NCBI GenBank assembly: GCA_032654565.1
Contig: JAULAX010000009.1
Coordinates: 96,001 to 160,000 of the forward strand
Source of the DNA: Anaeromyxobacteraceae bacterium
GTDB taxonomy: Bacteria; Myxococcota; Myxococcia; Myxococcales; Anaeromyxobacteraceae
DNA length: 64,000 nucleotides
Reading direction: 5' to 3'
The position numbers and the translations under genes are program-made. The notes below the pieces were generated by a model. The model ran no database searches, was not told the origin of the DNA, and was given only the letters and a program-made list of their open reading frames with translations. This document shows positions 17,531 to 27,413 of the stretch, piece by piece (the first letter of the stretch is position 1; every line of letters starts with the position of its first letter).

Positions 17531-18451
17531 TCACGGGGAGACGGAGTTGGCGCACCAGCGGATGGAGCAGCCGGTGATCTTGAAGGTCGGGTAGGCGAGA
17601 TCGGAGGCGATCTCGACCAGGTAACCGTAGGAACTCGTCCCGTCGAAGGTGACGAAGGGACCGCCAGTGATGGTGGCGCTCGAGACCTTGGTCGGACCAA
17701 GGGTGACCGCGCCCCCGGAGAGCGAGACGGTGCTGATGGCGGCGCCCGGCGTGCCGGCGCCGACCGGGATCCTCCAGAGGCTGGCCGTCACCTTGGCCGT
17801 CGGAGCCGCAAAGCCGGTCTGGAACCAGCAGGCGAACTCTACCGGCGTGGCCCCGTTGTAGGGGTGGACCGGGGCGCCGATCTTGCCGCCGTCCAGGCTC
17901 GGCCCGAACTCGTCGTAGTTCCTGACCACCGTCGCGCCGCTGGTGACGGTGGCCTGGAAGTCGGTGGCCTGGAGGTTGTAGGCGCCGCACCTGGCCGGGT
18001 TCCAGCCCAGGTCGCTGGTGGCGATGATGAGCGGCGAGCTCACCGAGGTGCCGGCGACCAGCGCGGGGTTGACCGCCAGCGTCGTCCCGGTCAGCTCCAG
18101 CCCGGTCCCGACGGCCCAGTTCGGTCCGATGGGTCCGGTCGGACCGGCAGGCCCGGTCGGTCCGGCGGGGCCGACGGGGCCCGTGAAGCCCATCGGTCCG
18201 GCGGGGCCAACGGGGCCCGTGAAGCCCATCGGTCCGATGGGACCGGTGGGACCCGCCGCGCCGTCCAGGCCCGCGGGGCCGGTCGGCCCGGTCGGCCCGG
18301 TCACGCCGGCAGGACCGGCGGGGCCGACGGCCCCGTTGGTACCGGCAGGTCCAGCGGGTCCGGTCGGACCGGCGCCGCCGTCCTTCCCGCTGGATCCAGA
18401 GCAGCTGGTGAGGACCAGAGCGGCGACACAGCCGGCGACGACATGCCTCAT
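17531..18451 (-). CDS. Collagen-like lipoprotein
   Basis: AAGGAG RBS, lipobox LTSC, 30 consecutive Gly-X-Y triplets, beta-rich C-terminal domain. Confidence 0.8.
   Translation of the reverse strand: MRHVVAGCVAALVLTSCSGSSGKDGGAGPTGPAGPAGTNGAVGPAGPAGVTGPTGPTGPAGLDGAAGPTGPIGPMGFTGPVGPAGPMGFTGPVGPAGPTGPAGPTGPIGPNWAVGTGLELTGTTLAVNPALVAGTSVSSPLIIATSDLGWNPARCGAYNLQATDFQATVTSGATVVRNYDEFGPSLDGGKIGAPVHPYNGATPVEFACWFQTGFAAPTAKVTASLWRIPVGAGTPGAAISTVSLSGGAVTLGPTKVSSATITGGPFVTFDGTSSYGYLVEIASDLAYPTFKITGCSIRWCANSVSP
18119..18388 (-). repeat. Collagen (Gly-X-Y)30 coding repeat
   Basis: [12 protein letters not shown] ... GPI GPN, including a duplicated [12 protein letters not shown] block. Confidence 0.9.
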
Positions 18452-18614
18452 GGCTCGACTCCTTGAAGGGTGGAGCACAGGGGACCGCTCGAAGGCGGTC
18501 ATGAGCTCACCGGGGGGTGACCATCGACATACACCCCGCCGCCCGCGAGCGCCGGGAGAACTGACCCGTGCTCGAGGAAAGGCGGTCCCGAGAGCAGGGG
18601 GGGGCCGCGCGTCG

Positions 18615-19754
18615 TCAGGCCGGGGCGCCGCCGGGCCCCACCAGGAACCAGGTCTTCACCTCGCCCTGGCCTTCGAGCTCGATGACGCCGCGCTCTTCGA
18701 GCACGAAGGGGGCGCCCAGGGCCCGCCGGGTGCTCTCCGCCACCTGGATGCGCCCCGCCACGCCGTGGGACTCCATCCGGCTGGCGGTGTTCACCGCCTC
18801 GCCCCAGACGTCGTAGACGAACCGGGCCCGCCCGATGACGCCAGCCACCACCGGGCCGGTGGCGAGGCCGATGCGCACCTGCAGCCTCCCGCCGGTGCGC
18901 TCGTTGAAGCGGGCCACGGCGTGGAGCATCTCCAGCGCCAGCGTGGCGACCCGGGCCGCGTCGTCCGGGCCGGGCTGCGGCACCCCGGCCGCGGCCAGGT
19001 AGGAGTTCCCCAGGGACTTGATCTTCCTCAGGCTGCGCCCGGCGGCCAGGCGATCGAAGTCGGTGAAGATCTCCTCGAGCCCCGCCGCCAGGGCCACGGC
19101 GTCGACGGCCGGCGCCTGGTCGGCGAACCCCACCACGTCGGCCACCAGCACGGTGGCCGCGCCGAAGCTGTCGACGCTCGCGTCGGGGCGCTCCTTCAGC
19201 CTGGCGGCGATCGAGTCGGGCGGGACGCGCAGCGCCAGCCGCTCCGAGACCTTCCGCTCCGCCACCACCTGGTCGAACAGCTTCCGCAGCTCGACGTTCT
19301 TGGCGCGGATCTCCTCCCGGCTGGCCTCCAGCGCCGCCACCGTCCTCGCCAGCGCCTTGGCGAAGAGCCGGACCTCCAGCATGTTGTGGACCCGGGTGAG
19401 CACCTCGGCGAGGTCGAAGGGCTTGCTGACGAAGTCCTTGGCCCCGGCGCGGAGCGCCCGCAGCTTGTGGTCGGGCTGCGCGGTGATCACCAGCACCGGG
19501 AGGTACCCGTCCTTCTCCACCTCCTTGAGCGCCTCCATCACCTGGAAGCCGTCCATGGCGGGCATCTGCAGGTCGAGCAGGATCAGGTCGTACCCGTTGG
19601 CGCGGTGCAGCTCGCAGACGGCGCGGGGATCGCGCGTCGAGGTCACCGCCAGGTAGCCGGCGGCGCCCAGCATGCCCTCCAGGAGCAGGACGTTGGCCTC
19701 CAGGTCGTCGACGATGAGGATCCGGGCCTTCCAGATCTCGGCGGGGTCGATCAC
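18615..19754 (-). CDS. Response regulator receiver + class III adenylate/guanylate cyclase domain
   Basis: ILIVDD..LLDLQMP..KPF receiver; [16 protein letters not shown] and [16 protein letters not shown] cyclase motifs. GTG overlaps the kinase stop. Confidence 0.88.
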   Translation of the reverse strand: MIDPAEIWKARILIVDDLEANVLLLEGMLGAAGYLAVTSTRDPRAVCELHRANGYDLILLDLQMPAMDGFQVMEALKEVEKDGYLPVLVITAQPDHKLRALRAGAKDFVSKPFDLAEVLTRVHNMLEVRLFAKALARTVAALEASREEIRAKNVELRKLFDQVVAERKVSERLALRVPPDSIAARLKERPDASVDSFGAATVLVADVVGFADQAPAVDAVALAAGLEEIFTDFDRLAAGRSLRKIKSLGNSYLAAAGVPQPGPDDAARVATLALEMLHAVARFNERTGGRLQVRIGLATGPVVAGVIGRARFVYDVWGEAVNTASRMESHGVAGRIQVAESTRRALGAPFVLEERGVIELEGQGEVKTWFLVGPGGAPA

Positions 19755-21919
19755 GGCGGCGCCGGCCTTCCATCCCCGGCCCCGGCCGGGGCGGCCGCCA
19801 GGTCGAGCGCCCGGTCCAGCGCCTCCATGAACTGCCCCACCTTCAGCGGCTTGGTCAGGTACTCGATGAAGCCGGCCTGCAGCCCCTTCTCGATGTCCCG
19901 CGCCATGGCGTTGGCGCTCAGGGCCAGCACCGGGATGTGGGCGGTGGCCGGGTCGTCGCGGAGGATCTTCAGGGCCTCCAGCCCGCTGATGCCGGGCAGG
20001 TTGATGTCCATGAAGATCACGTCGGGGCGGTTGGCGCGGGCCAGCTGGATGCCCATGTTGCCGTCCAGGGCGCTGAGGAGGCGGATGGCGGGGCGGCGGG
20101 CCATGAACTCCTGGACCAGCTCCAGGTTGGCCAGGTTGTCCTCGACGTAGAGCAGGGTGCGGGTGGGTCCATCCGGCTGGACGCCGGCCAGGAGCGGGGC
20201 CGCCACCGCCCCCGTCGCCGCCCCCGTCTCCGGCGCCGGCGCCGCCACCGCCCCCAGCTCGAACCAGAACTCGCTCCCCACCCCGACGACGCTCTTCACG
20301 CCGATGACGCCCCCCATCAGCTCCACCAGCCGCTTGGCCATCACCAGGCCGATCCCGGTGCCCTGGACCGTGCCGCTGGCCTGCCCCAGCCGGTTGAACG
20401 GCTGGAAGAGCTGGGCCAGCTGCTCGGGGGCGAGGCCGGCGCCGCTGTCCTTGACGCTGATCCGCAGCCGGCCCGGGCCCCGGCCGCGACACTCGACGAC
20501 CACGGCGCCCTTGGGCTGGTTGTACTTGACGGCGTTGGACAGCAGGTTGATGAGGATCTGCTTGAGCCGGATCCGGTCGGCGAGCACGAAGGTGGGGACC
20601 TCGAAGGTCGGGAAGGTCATGCGGATCCCGGCCAGCTTGGCCTGGGGCTCGATCATGGCCTGGCACTCCAGCACCACCTCCTCCAGCGAGGTCGGCTCGC
20701 GGGAGAGCGACATCCTCCCCGACTCGATCTGCGCCAGGTCGAGGATCTCGTTGATCAGCTCGAGCAGGTACCAGCCGGCGCGGAGGATCTGGGCGATGCT
20801 CCGCTGGTGGAGCGGCTCCACCGTGGTGGGGTCCGACTCCATGAGCTGGGCGAAGCCGAGGATGGCGTTGAGCGGGGAGCGCAGCTCGTGGCTCATGCTG
20901 GAGAGGAAGTCGGACTTGGCGAGGTTGGCCTTCTCGGCCGCCTTCTTGGCCTGGGTCAGGGTCTCCTCGACCTGGCGCCGCTCGGTCTGGTCGCGGGTCA
21001 GCTTGGCGAAGCCGCGGGCGTTGCCGGCCGGATCCCGGATGGCGGTGAAGACCACGTTGGCCCAGAAGGTCGAGCCGTCCTTGCGCACCCGCCACCCCTC
21101 GACCTCCCGCCGCCCCTCGGCCGCGGCGTCGAGGTCGCGCTGGGGGACACCCAGCTCGATGTCGTGGGGCGGGTAGAACCGGGAGAAGTGCTGGCCGACG
21201 ATCTCCTCGGCGCGGTAGCCCTTGATCCGCTCGGCGCCGGAGTTCCAGCTCACCACGCACCCCTCCGAGTCGAGCATGACGATGGCGGCGTCGGTGACGC
21301 TCTCCACCATCAGGCGGAAGCCCTCCTCGGTCCAGCGCAGCTTCTCCTCGACCTGCTTGCGCGCCGAGTTGTCGGTGCCGATCAGCAGGTAGCCGATGAT
21401 CCGGTCCTCGGCGTCGCGCAGCGCGGTGACCGAGACGATGGCCGGGAAGCGGCTGCCGTCCTTGCGGATGTAGGTCAGCTCGTACTTGTCCTCGATGCCG
21501 CGCGAGGCCTTGAAGGCCAGGGCCTCGAAGCCGGGGGCGATGGTGGTCGCCAGCTCCAGGCTCAGGGCCGCGGCCCGCGCGATCACCTCCTGCGGATCGT
21601 GGATGTCGGCCGGCGTGATCTTGTCGACCACCTCGGCGGCGGCGTACCCCAGCATGGTCTCGGCCCCGATGTTGAAGATCTGGATGACCCCCTTCTCGTC
21701 GGTGGCGATCAGCGAGAAGTTGGCGCTGGTGAGGATGGCGTTCTGCAGGGCCCCGGTCTTGAGCAGGGCCTCCTTGCGCCGGACCTCGGTGGGGGTGTCG
21801 GCCGCGGGGGGGACGACCGGGCCGGCCGGGGCGGGCGTGAGCAGGGCCGAGACGGGCGGGGCGAGCACGACCGGGCGGACGGCGGACGGGGCGGGCACGA
21901 CCTTCGGGGGCGGCTTCAT
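19751..21919 (-). CDS. Hybrid sensor histidine kinase (PAS-PAS-HisKA-HATPase-REC)
   Basis: Two PAS/PAC (RKDGS.F), SHELRSPLN H-box, NAVKY, DSG.G, G.GIGL, C-terminal receiver. ATG overlaps the upstream stop. Confidence 0.92.
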   Translation of the reverse strand: MKPPPKVVPAPSAVRPVVLAPPVSALLTPAPAGPVVPPAADTPTEVRRKEALLKTGALQNAILTSANFSLIATDEKGVIQIFNIGAETMLGYAAAEVVDKITPADIHDPQEVIARAAALSLELATTIAPGFEALAFKASRGIEDKYELTYIRKDGSRFPAIVSVTALRDAEDRIIGYLLIGTDNSARKQVEEKLRWTEEGFRLMVESVTDAAIVMLDSEGCVVSWNSGAERIKGYRAEEIVGQHFSRFYPPHDIELGVPQRDLDAAAEGRREVEGWRVRKDGSTFWANVVFTAIRDPAGNARGFAKLTRDQTERRQVEETLTQAKKAAEKANLAKSDFLSSMSHELRSPLNAILGFAQLMESDPTTVEPLHQRSIAQILRAGWYLLELINEILDLAQIESGRMSLSREPTSLEEVVLECQAMIEPQAKLAGIRMTFPTFEVPTFVLADRIRLKQILINLLSNAVKYNQPKGAVVVECRGRGPGRLRISVKDSGAGLAPEQLAQLFQPFNRLGQASGTVQGTGIGLVMAKRLVELMGGVIGVKSVVGVGSEFWFELGAVAAPAPETGAATGAVAAPLLAGVQPDGPTRTLLYVEDNLANLELVQEFMARRPAIRLLSALDGNMGIQLARANRPDVIFMDINLPGISGLEALKILRDDPATAHIPVLALSANAMARDIEKGLQAGFIEYLTKPLKVGQFMEALDRALDLAAAPAGAGDGRPAPP

Positions 21920-23145
21920 GGTGTGGTCTCCCCGGCCTTGGCCTGCTTGGCCAGCACCTCGGCAGCGGCCTCGGCCTCGGCCTCCTCCTCGCGCAGGTCG
22001 TGGGCCAGCTCCCGGGCGATCAGCCCGGCGTCGGGCGCGGTGGCGCCGGCGCTGAGCCGCTCGTAGGTGGCCTCGCTCCGGGCGTTCCGGTCCTGCGCCG
22101 GGCGGTCCTCGCTGTCGTCGCCGGGCAGCTCCACCTGCAGCTCGTGGAGGATCATCTGCAGGCCGGCGGCGATGGGGAGCGCCAGCAGCGCCCCCATCAC
22201 CCCGAGCAGCGTCCCCCCGGCCAGCAGCGCCAGGACCACCACCGCCGGCGAGAGCCGCAGCACGTGGCCGTAGACCTTGGGGATGAGCACCCGGCTCTCG
22301 AACTCCATGTAGACCAGGAAGGCGATGGTCACCACCGTGGCCACCCCGGCGCCGCGGGGGAGCGCCGAGAGGATGGCCGGGGCGGCACCGATGAAGATCC
22401 CCACGAACGGGATGACGTCGGTGAGCGCCGCGAACAGGGCCAGGGACAGGGCGTTGGGAACCTGGCAGATGGCCAGCAGCGTGAAGGTGAACAGGCCGAT
22501 GGCCGAGGAGGTGATGAGCTGGCCGCGCATGTAGCCGCCCACGATCTCCTCCAGGTTGTGGAGGATGCGGGCCAGCCGCATGTGGTAGCCGCGCGGCACC
22601 AGGGCGTAGAGCGTCCCCTGGGTGCGCTTCCCGTCGGCCAGGAAGTAGAAGGCCAGCACCACCGCGGTGGCGAAGTACCCGACCACCATGACGGTCCTCG
22701 ACGAGTAGCCGAGCGCGTAGGTCTCGATCCGGCCCGCCAGGTCCCCCTGGCCGGCGCCCTGGACGGCGTGGGCCAGCGGCAGGGTGAAGCTGTTCCGCTC
22801 CAGGGAGGCGATCAGCGCCTCGCGGTGAGCCGGCGCCGCCCGCATGATCTCGACCATCTGCGCCAGCAGCGGCGGCACGGTCAGGAAGAGCAGCAGCGCG
22901 GCGGTGATCACCGCCCCGAGGAAGAGCAGGACCAGCGCCCAGGTCCGCTTCACCCCGCGTCGCTCCATCCCCTCGACCAGCGGGTTGAAGGTCCCGGCGA
23001 AGATCAGGGCCACCACCACCAGCAGCACCACCACGCGGAGCTGGCCGAGCAGCCAGACGCCGCCGAGGGCGGCCAGGATCCAGCCCACCGTGGATGGGGC
23101 GACCTCGATCCGGACGATCGACCGCACCGGGGAGGTCTCCCTCAT
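21916..23145 (-). CDS. AI-2E family transporter
   Basis: Multi-TM; GYMRGQ, IPFVG, P.VYG..LRLSP, G.LLG..GALLALP.AA. Start uncertain (23145 or 23244). Confidence 0.88.
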   Translation of the reverse strand: MRETSPVRSIVRIEVAPSTVGWILAALGGVWLLGQLRVVVLLVVVALIFAGTFNPLVEGMERRGVKRTWALVLLFLGAVITAALLLFLTVPPLLAQMVEIMRAAPAHREALIASLERNSFTLPLAHAVQGAGQGDLAGRIETYALGYSSRTVMVVGYFATAVVLAFYFLADGKRTQGTLYALVPRGYHMRLARILHNLEEIVGGYMRGQLITSSAIGLFTFTLLAICQVPNALSLALFAALTDVIPFVGIFIGAAPAILSALPRGAGVATVVTIAFLVYMEFESRVLIPKVYGHVLRLSPAVVVLALLAGGTLLGVMGALLALPIAAGLQMILHELQVELPGDDSEDRPAQDRNARSEATYERLSAGATAPDAGLIARELAHDLREEEAEAEAAAEVLAKQAKAGETTP

Positions 23146-23250
23146 GGCCGGCCACGATCGCGGGCGCCGCCAGGGCCCACGGCCTCGCCGTGGGAGGTGT
23201 GTCGGTGGCGCCGGGACGGGGGTGATGGTGGCTTCAGGCCCCATCAGGTA

Positions 23251-23266
23251 CGCAGCCGGCGTGCCG
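23251..23266 (-). promoter_or_regulatory. sigma54-like promoter for the AI-2E/kinase/cyclase operon
   Basis: CGGCAC-GCCGG-CTGCG (GG-N10-GC). Confidence 0.4.
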
Positions 23267-23384
23267 ACGCCCGCACCTTCGCAAGCCTTCGTGATTGCAG
23301 GGATCCCTGTCCCGGCGACCGCGGGATAGGCGTTCGCGAGCGTTCGCCAGGTGTTCGGGCCCGCGTTCGGGCCGGGCGGCCCCG

Positions 23385-24191
23385 CTACGGCGCCGCCAGC
23401 ACGATCTCGATGCGCCGGTTCTGGCTGCGACCCTCGGGGGTGTCGTTGGGCGAGATGGGCTGGTACTGGCCGTAGCCGGCCCCGGCCAGGCGGCTCGGGT
23501 CGACGCCGTTCTCCTGGAGGAAGCGCACCACCGCCAAGGCCCGGGCGGTGGAGAGCTCCCAGTTGGTGGCGAAGGCGCCGCCGCCGGTGGGCACGTCGTC
23601 GGTGTGCCCCTCGATGCGGATGACCCGCCCCTGCACGCCGCGCAGCGCCTCTGCCACCTTCTTGAGCGCCACCTTCCCCTCGGCGCCGATGGTGGCCGAG
23701 CCGGAGGCGAAGAGGATCTTGTCCTTCATCTTCACCGTCAGCTTCCCCCGCAGCTCGGAGACCTCGACGCGGCCGGCCTCGATGTCGCCCTGCAGCGAGC
23801 TGGCCAGCGCCTGGTACTCGGCGCTCTTCTTCTCCAGCTCGGCCTTGGCCTGCTCCAGCCGCCGCTTCGACTTGGACAGCTCGTCGACCAGCGCCTGGAG
23901 CTCGGCGTTGCGATCGGCGGCCACCTTGAGCTCGGCCTGCCGGGCCGCCAGGTTGGCCTCGTCGGACCTGACCTTCTCCTGCAGGCCGCGGACCTCCGCC
24001 TGGACGCCGTCGAACTCGCCCCGCAGCGCGGTGATCTGGTCGCGCACGGCCCGGGACCTGGCCTGCTCGGCCTGCAGCTCGGCCTGGAAGCTGGCCGCCT
24101 CGGCCTCCTTCTTGCGGTAGGTGTCGGACGAGACGCAGCCGACCGGGAGCAGGGCGGCGAGCGAGAGGGCGACGGCGAGCGGTCGACGCAT
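23385..24191 (-). CDS. OmpA/MotB-like peptidoglycan-binding lipoprotein with coiled coil
   Basis: Lipobox-like PVGC, ILFASGSA, IEGHTD, NWELSTARA, NRRIEI. Confidence 0.88.
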   Translation of the reverse strand: MRRPLAVALSLAALLPVGCVSSDTYRKKEAEAASFQAELQAEQARSRAVRDQITALRGEFDGVQAEVRGLQEKVRSDEANLAARQAELKVAADRNAELQALVDELSKSKRRLEQAKAELEKKSAEYQALASSLQGDIEAGRVEVSELRGKLTVKMKDKILFASGSATIGAEGKVALKKVAEALRGVQGRVIRIEGHTDDVPTGGGAFATNWELSTARALAVVRFLQENGVDPSRLAGAGYGQYQPISPNDTPEGRSQNRRIEIVLAAP

Positions 24192-24288
24192 GTGACCTCC
24201 TGCGGGCTGGGGAGCGGCGACTCTACCCCCTTGGCGCGGCCGGTGAACCCCCGTTCCGTGGCCACCTGCCGCAGCGGCCGGGCCGGCG

Positions 24289-26007
24289 TCAGCGGGCGGC
24301 GCGGAGGTCCTTGAGCTTGAGCTGGAGCCGGCGGGTCCCGTCCCAGTCGTCGAAGCCGAGCGTGAAGGCCGCCTCCACCGGCGCCTCGCAGAGGCCGGCG
24401 CGGTCGCCCATGGAGAAGCCGATGGCGTCGAGCCCCTTGCCGAAGGAGAGCTTGAGGTGGGCGGCGCCGGCGCCGACGGTGCGGGCCCTGCTGGGGCGGG
24501 CGCGCAGGGCGAAGACCGGCTCGGGGTGGCCGGGGCCGAAGGGGCCGAGCCGCTCCAGGTCCTCGGCGGCGGCGGGGGTGAGCTCGCCCTCCTCCACCCA
24601 GCCGTCGACGCGGCAGCGCGGGACCAGGTCGTCGGCCGAGAGCGCCCTCGCGGCGTGGGCCTCGAAGGCGGCCCGGAAGGGCTCGATGGCGGTGGCGGCG
24701 ATGGTGACGCCGGCGGCGTGGCGGTGGCCCCCGAAGCGGAGCAGGTGGCCGCTGCAGGCGGCCAGGGCGTCGTAGAGGTGGAACCCCTCGATGGAGCGGC
24801 CGCTCCCCCTCCCCTCGGCGCCGTCGTGGCCGATGAGCACCGCCGGGCGGTGGAAGCGCTCGGCCACCCGCGCCGCCACGATGCCGACCACCCCGGCGTG
24901 CCAGCCCTGGCGCCCCAGCACCAGCCCGACCGCGCCGCGCCGGACCGCGGCGCCGGCGTCGTCGAGCGCCTCGGCCAGCATGCGCCGCTCGATCTCCTGG
25001 CGGGCCTGGTTCTCCCGGTCGAGCTCGCCGGCCAGGGCGCTGGCCTCGGCCTCGTCGAGCGTGGAGAGCAGCCGCACCCCGCGGCCGGCGTCGTCGAGCC
25101 GCCCGGCGGCGTTGATGCGCGGGCCGAGCCGGAAGCCGACCTGGCCGGCGGTCACCGCCCCCTCGGGCACGCCGGCCACGCGCTTGAGCGCCCGCAGGCC
25201 GGGGCGGCGGGTGGCGGCGATCTCGGCGAGGCCGTGGCGGACCAGGATGCGGTTGGCGCCGGTGAGCGGCACCACGTCGGCCACGGTGCCGAGGGCCACC
25301 AGGTCGAGCGCGGCGCGCAGGTTGGGCTCGGGGCGCTCCGGCGTGAAGCGGCCGGCCTCGCGCAGCGTCTTGCGCAGCGCCATCAGCAGCGTGAAGGTGA
25401 CGCCCACCGCCGAGAGCTCCTTCGAGGGGTAGCCGCAGCCGGGCTGGTGGGGGTTGAGGATGGCCACGGCGGCGGGCAGCGCCACCGGGACGGTGTGGTG
25501 GTCGACCACCACCGTCTCCACGCCGAGCGCTGCGGCGGCGCGCACCTCCTCGACGCTGGTGATGCCGCAGTCGAGGCTGACCAGCAGCTTCACCCCCTGC
25601 GCCGCCAACCGCTCGACGGCGCCGGTGTTGAGGCCGTACCCTTCGACCAGCCGGTGGGGCGTGTAGGTGACCACGTCGCCGCCGGCGGCGCGCAGGAAGC
25701 CGGAGAGCAGGACGGTGGAGGTGACGCCGTCGACGTCGTAGTCGCCGTAGGTGGCGATCTTCTCGCCCCGCTCCAGCGCCAGGACCAGGCGGGCCACCGC
25801 CGCCGGCATCCCCTTCATGGAGAAGGGGTCGGGGAGGCCGGTGAGCGGGGCGTCGAGGAAGAGGCGGGCCTCGGCCGGGTCGGCGTGACCGCGGGAGGCG
25901 AGCACCCGGGCCGCCAGCGGGTGCAGGCCGAGGGCGCTGGCCAGCTCGGCCGCCCCTGCCCCGTCGCCGCCCACCTCGATCCAGCGCTTCCCCGGCCGCT
26001 CGTCCAC
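24289..26007 (-). CDS. recJ: Single-stranded-DNA-specific exonuclease RecJ
   Basis: YGDYDVDG, DCG, DHH, LGTVADVV, PRINAAGR, GSGRS, GGH..AAG. Confidence 0.97.
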   Translation of the reverse strand: MDERPGKRWIEVGGDGAGAAELASALGLHPLAARVLASRGHADPAEARLFLDAPLTGLPDPFSMKGMPAAVARLVLALERGEKIATYGDYDVDGVTSTVLLSGFLRAAGGDVVTYTPHRLVEGYGLNTGAVERLAAQGVKLLVSLDCGITSVEEVRAAAALGVETVVVDHHTVPVALPAAVAILNPHQPGCGYPSKELSAVGVTFTLLMALRKTLREAGRFTPERPEPNLRAALDLVALGTVADVVPLTGANRILVRHGLAEIAATRRPGLRALKRVAGVPEGAVTAGQVGFRLGPRINAAGRLDDAGRGVRLLSTLDEAEASALAGELDRENQARQEIERRMLAEALDDAGAAVRRGAVGLVLGRQGWHAGVVGIVAARVAERFHRPAVLIGHDGAEGRGSGRSIEGFHLYDALAACSGHLLRFGGHRHAAGVTIAATAIEPFRAAFEAHAARALSADDLVPRCRVDGWVEEGELTPAAAEDLERLGPFGPGHPEPVFALRARPSRARTVGAGAAHLKLSFGKGLDAIGFSMGDRAGLCEAPVEAAFTLGFDDWDGTRRLQLKLKDLRAAR

Positions 26008-26014
26008 GGCGACC

Positions 26015-26036
26015 TAGGTAACAGGCTCGTCTGACA
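26015..26036 (-). promoter_or_regulatory. Putative recJ promoter with PafBC/RecA-NDp-like layout (leaderless)
   Basis: TGTCAG-acgagcctgt-TACCTA, then 7 nt to the GTG. Confidence 0.4.
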
Positions 26037-26165
26037 CCCCGGGCGGGGTGTGACGGGCCGGCCCTCCCCGGGGGGCGCCTGGCCGGCCTGGGGTCGCCGG
26101 GCGGGAGCGGGGCCGCGCCGCGGACCTGCCGGCCGCGCCCCGGACCCGGAGTTCCGGGGGGTTAT

Positions 26166-26201
26166 GAAAAAGGGGCCGCGGCTCGGCCGATCGGACCCCT
26201 C
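26166..26201 (-). terminator. Putative intrinsic terminator after secF
   Basis: Minus strand AGGGGTC...GGCCCCT stem followed by a T-run. Confidence 0.5.
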
Positions 26202-26245
26202 TCCAACACACTACTCTGGGACGGGATCAGGGACGGGATCAGGGA

Positions 26246-27409
26246 TCAGACCGCCGGAGCGGCCTTCTTCTTGGCCGCCCGCTCCTCGAGCCAGATGGTC
26301 ATCGGCGCGGCGATGAACCAGGTCGAGTAGGTGCCGGAGACGATGCCCAGCACCATGGCGAAGGCGAAGTCGAAGATGGTGCCCACACCGAAGATGAGCA
26401 GGCCCACCAGCGACAGCGCCGTGGCGAACGAGGTCAGGAAGGTCCGGCCCAGGGTCTCGTTGATGGCCAGGTTGACCAGCTCGGCCAGCCCCCGCCCCTG
26501 GTACCTGGTCTTGTTCTCCCGGATCCGGTCGTAGACCACCACGGTGTCGTTCACCGAGTAGCCCACCACCGTCAGGATCACCGCGATCGAGGTGAGGTTG
26601 AACTCGCGGCCGCTGAAGGCGAAGTAGCCCAGGGTGACGATGGCGTCGTGGATGATGGCGATGACCACGCCCGGGCTGAAGCGGAAGTCGAACCGCAGCC
26701 CCACGTAGACCACGATCAGGGCGATGGCGTAGAGCACCGCCTTGAAGCCCTGGTTGCGCAGCTCGCGCCCCACCGCCGGGCCCACGAACTCCACCCGCCG
26801 CACCTCCGGCCTGGCCGCGGCGAAGCGGGAGGTGAGCTCCTGCTCCACCTTCTCGCGGATGCCCTGGGTGATGACCGCGAAGGAGCGGGTGCCGGCGGTC
26901 AGGCCGGCCTCCTCGCGGACCTCGCGGACCCGCACCCCGGCCGCCTCGACGGCGGCCTTCAGGTCGGCCGCGGCCACCGTCCCCTCGAACTGGAAGTCGA
27001 GCTTGTCGCCGATCTCCGGGTTGAAGGAGATCGACTTCACCGGGAACCTGGCCTTGACCGCCTCCTCCACCCGCTTGACGTCCTCGGCGCCCATCAGGGC
27101 GATGCGGCCGACGCGGATCAGGAAGGTGTGCTCGGAGTCGGCGCCGTAGGTCTGGACCGAGGCGTCCTTGAAGCCCTGCTCCTCGACCGCCTTGCGGATG
27201 GCGCCCGGGTCGACGGTCTCGGCGAACTTGATCTCCATCTCGGTGCCGCCGGCGAAGTCGACGCCGAAGTTGAGGCCGTGGATGGCCGGCAGCGACCAGA
27301 GGATGACCGTGAGGTTGGCGATCAGCGACAGGACGACGGCGATGTTCCGCTTGCCGACGAAGTCGAAGGTGGTCCCGTGGGGGAGGATGTCGAAGGTCTT
27401 GAATTGCAT
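26246..27409 (-). CDS. secF: Protein translocase subunit SecF
   Basis: GVDFAGG, VGPAVG, HDAIV, GYSVNDT.VVYDRIRE. Confidence 0.97.
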   Translation of the reverse strand: MQFKTFDILPHGTTFDFVGKRNIAVVLSLIANLTVILWSLPAIHGLNFGVDFAGGTEMEIKFAETVDPGAIRKAVEEQGFKDASVQTYGADSEHTFLIRVGRIALMGAEDVKRVEEAVKARFPVKSISFNPEIGDKLDFQFEGTVAAADLKAAVEAAGVRVREVREEAGLTAGTRSFAVITQGIREKVEQELTSRFAAARPEVRRVEFVGPAVGRELRNQGFKAVLYAIALIVVYVGLRFDFRFSPGVVIAIIHDAIVTLGYFAFSGREFNLTSIAVILTVVGYSVNDTVVVYDRIRENKTRYQGRGLAELVNLAINETLGRTFLTSFATALSLVGLLIFGVGTIFDFAFAMVLGIVSGTYSTWFIAAPMTIWLEERAAKKKAAPAV

Positions 27410-27413
27410 CGCG

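Noticed and set aside
26218..26248. GGGACGGGATCA x2 plus GGGATCA at the secF stop
   Set aside because: A short slippage-type microrepeat with no evident function.
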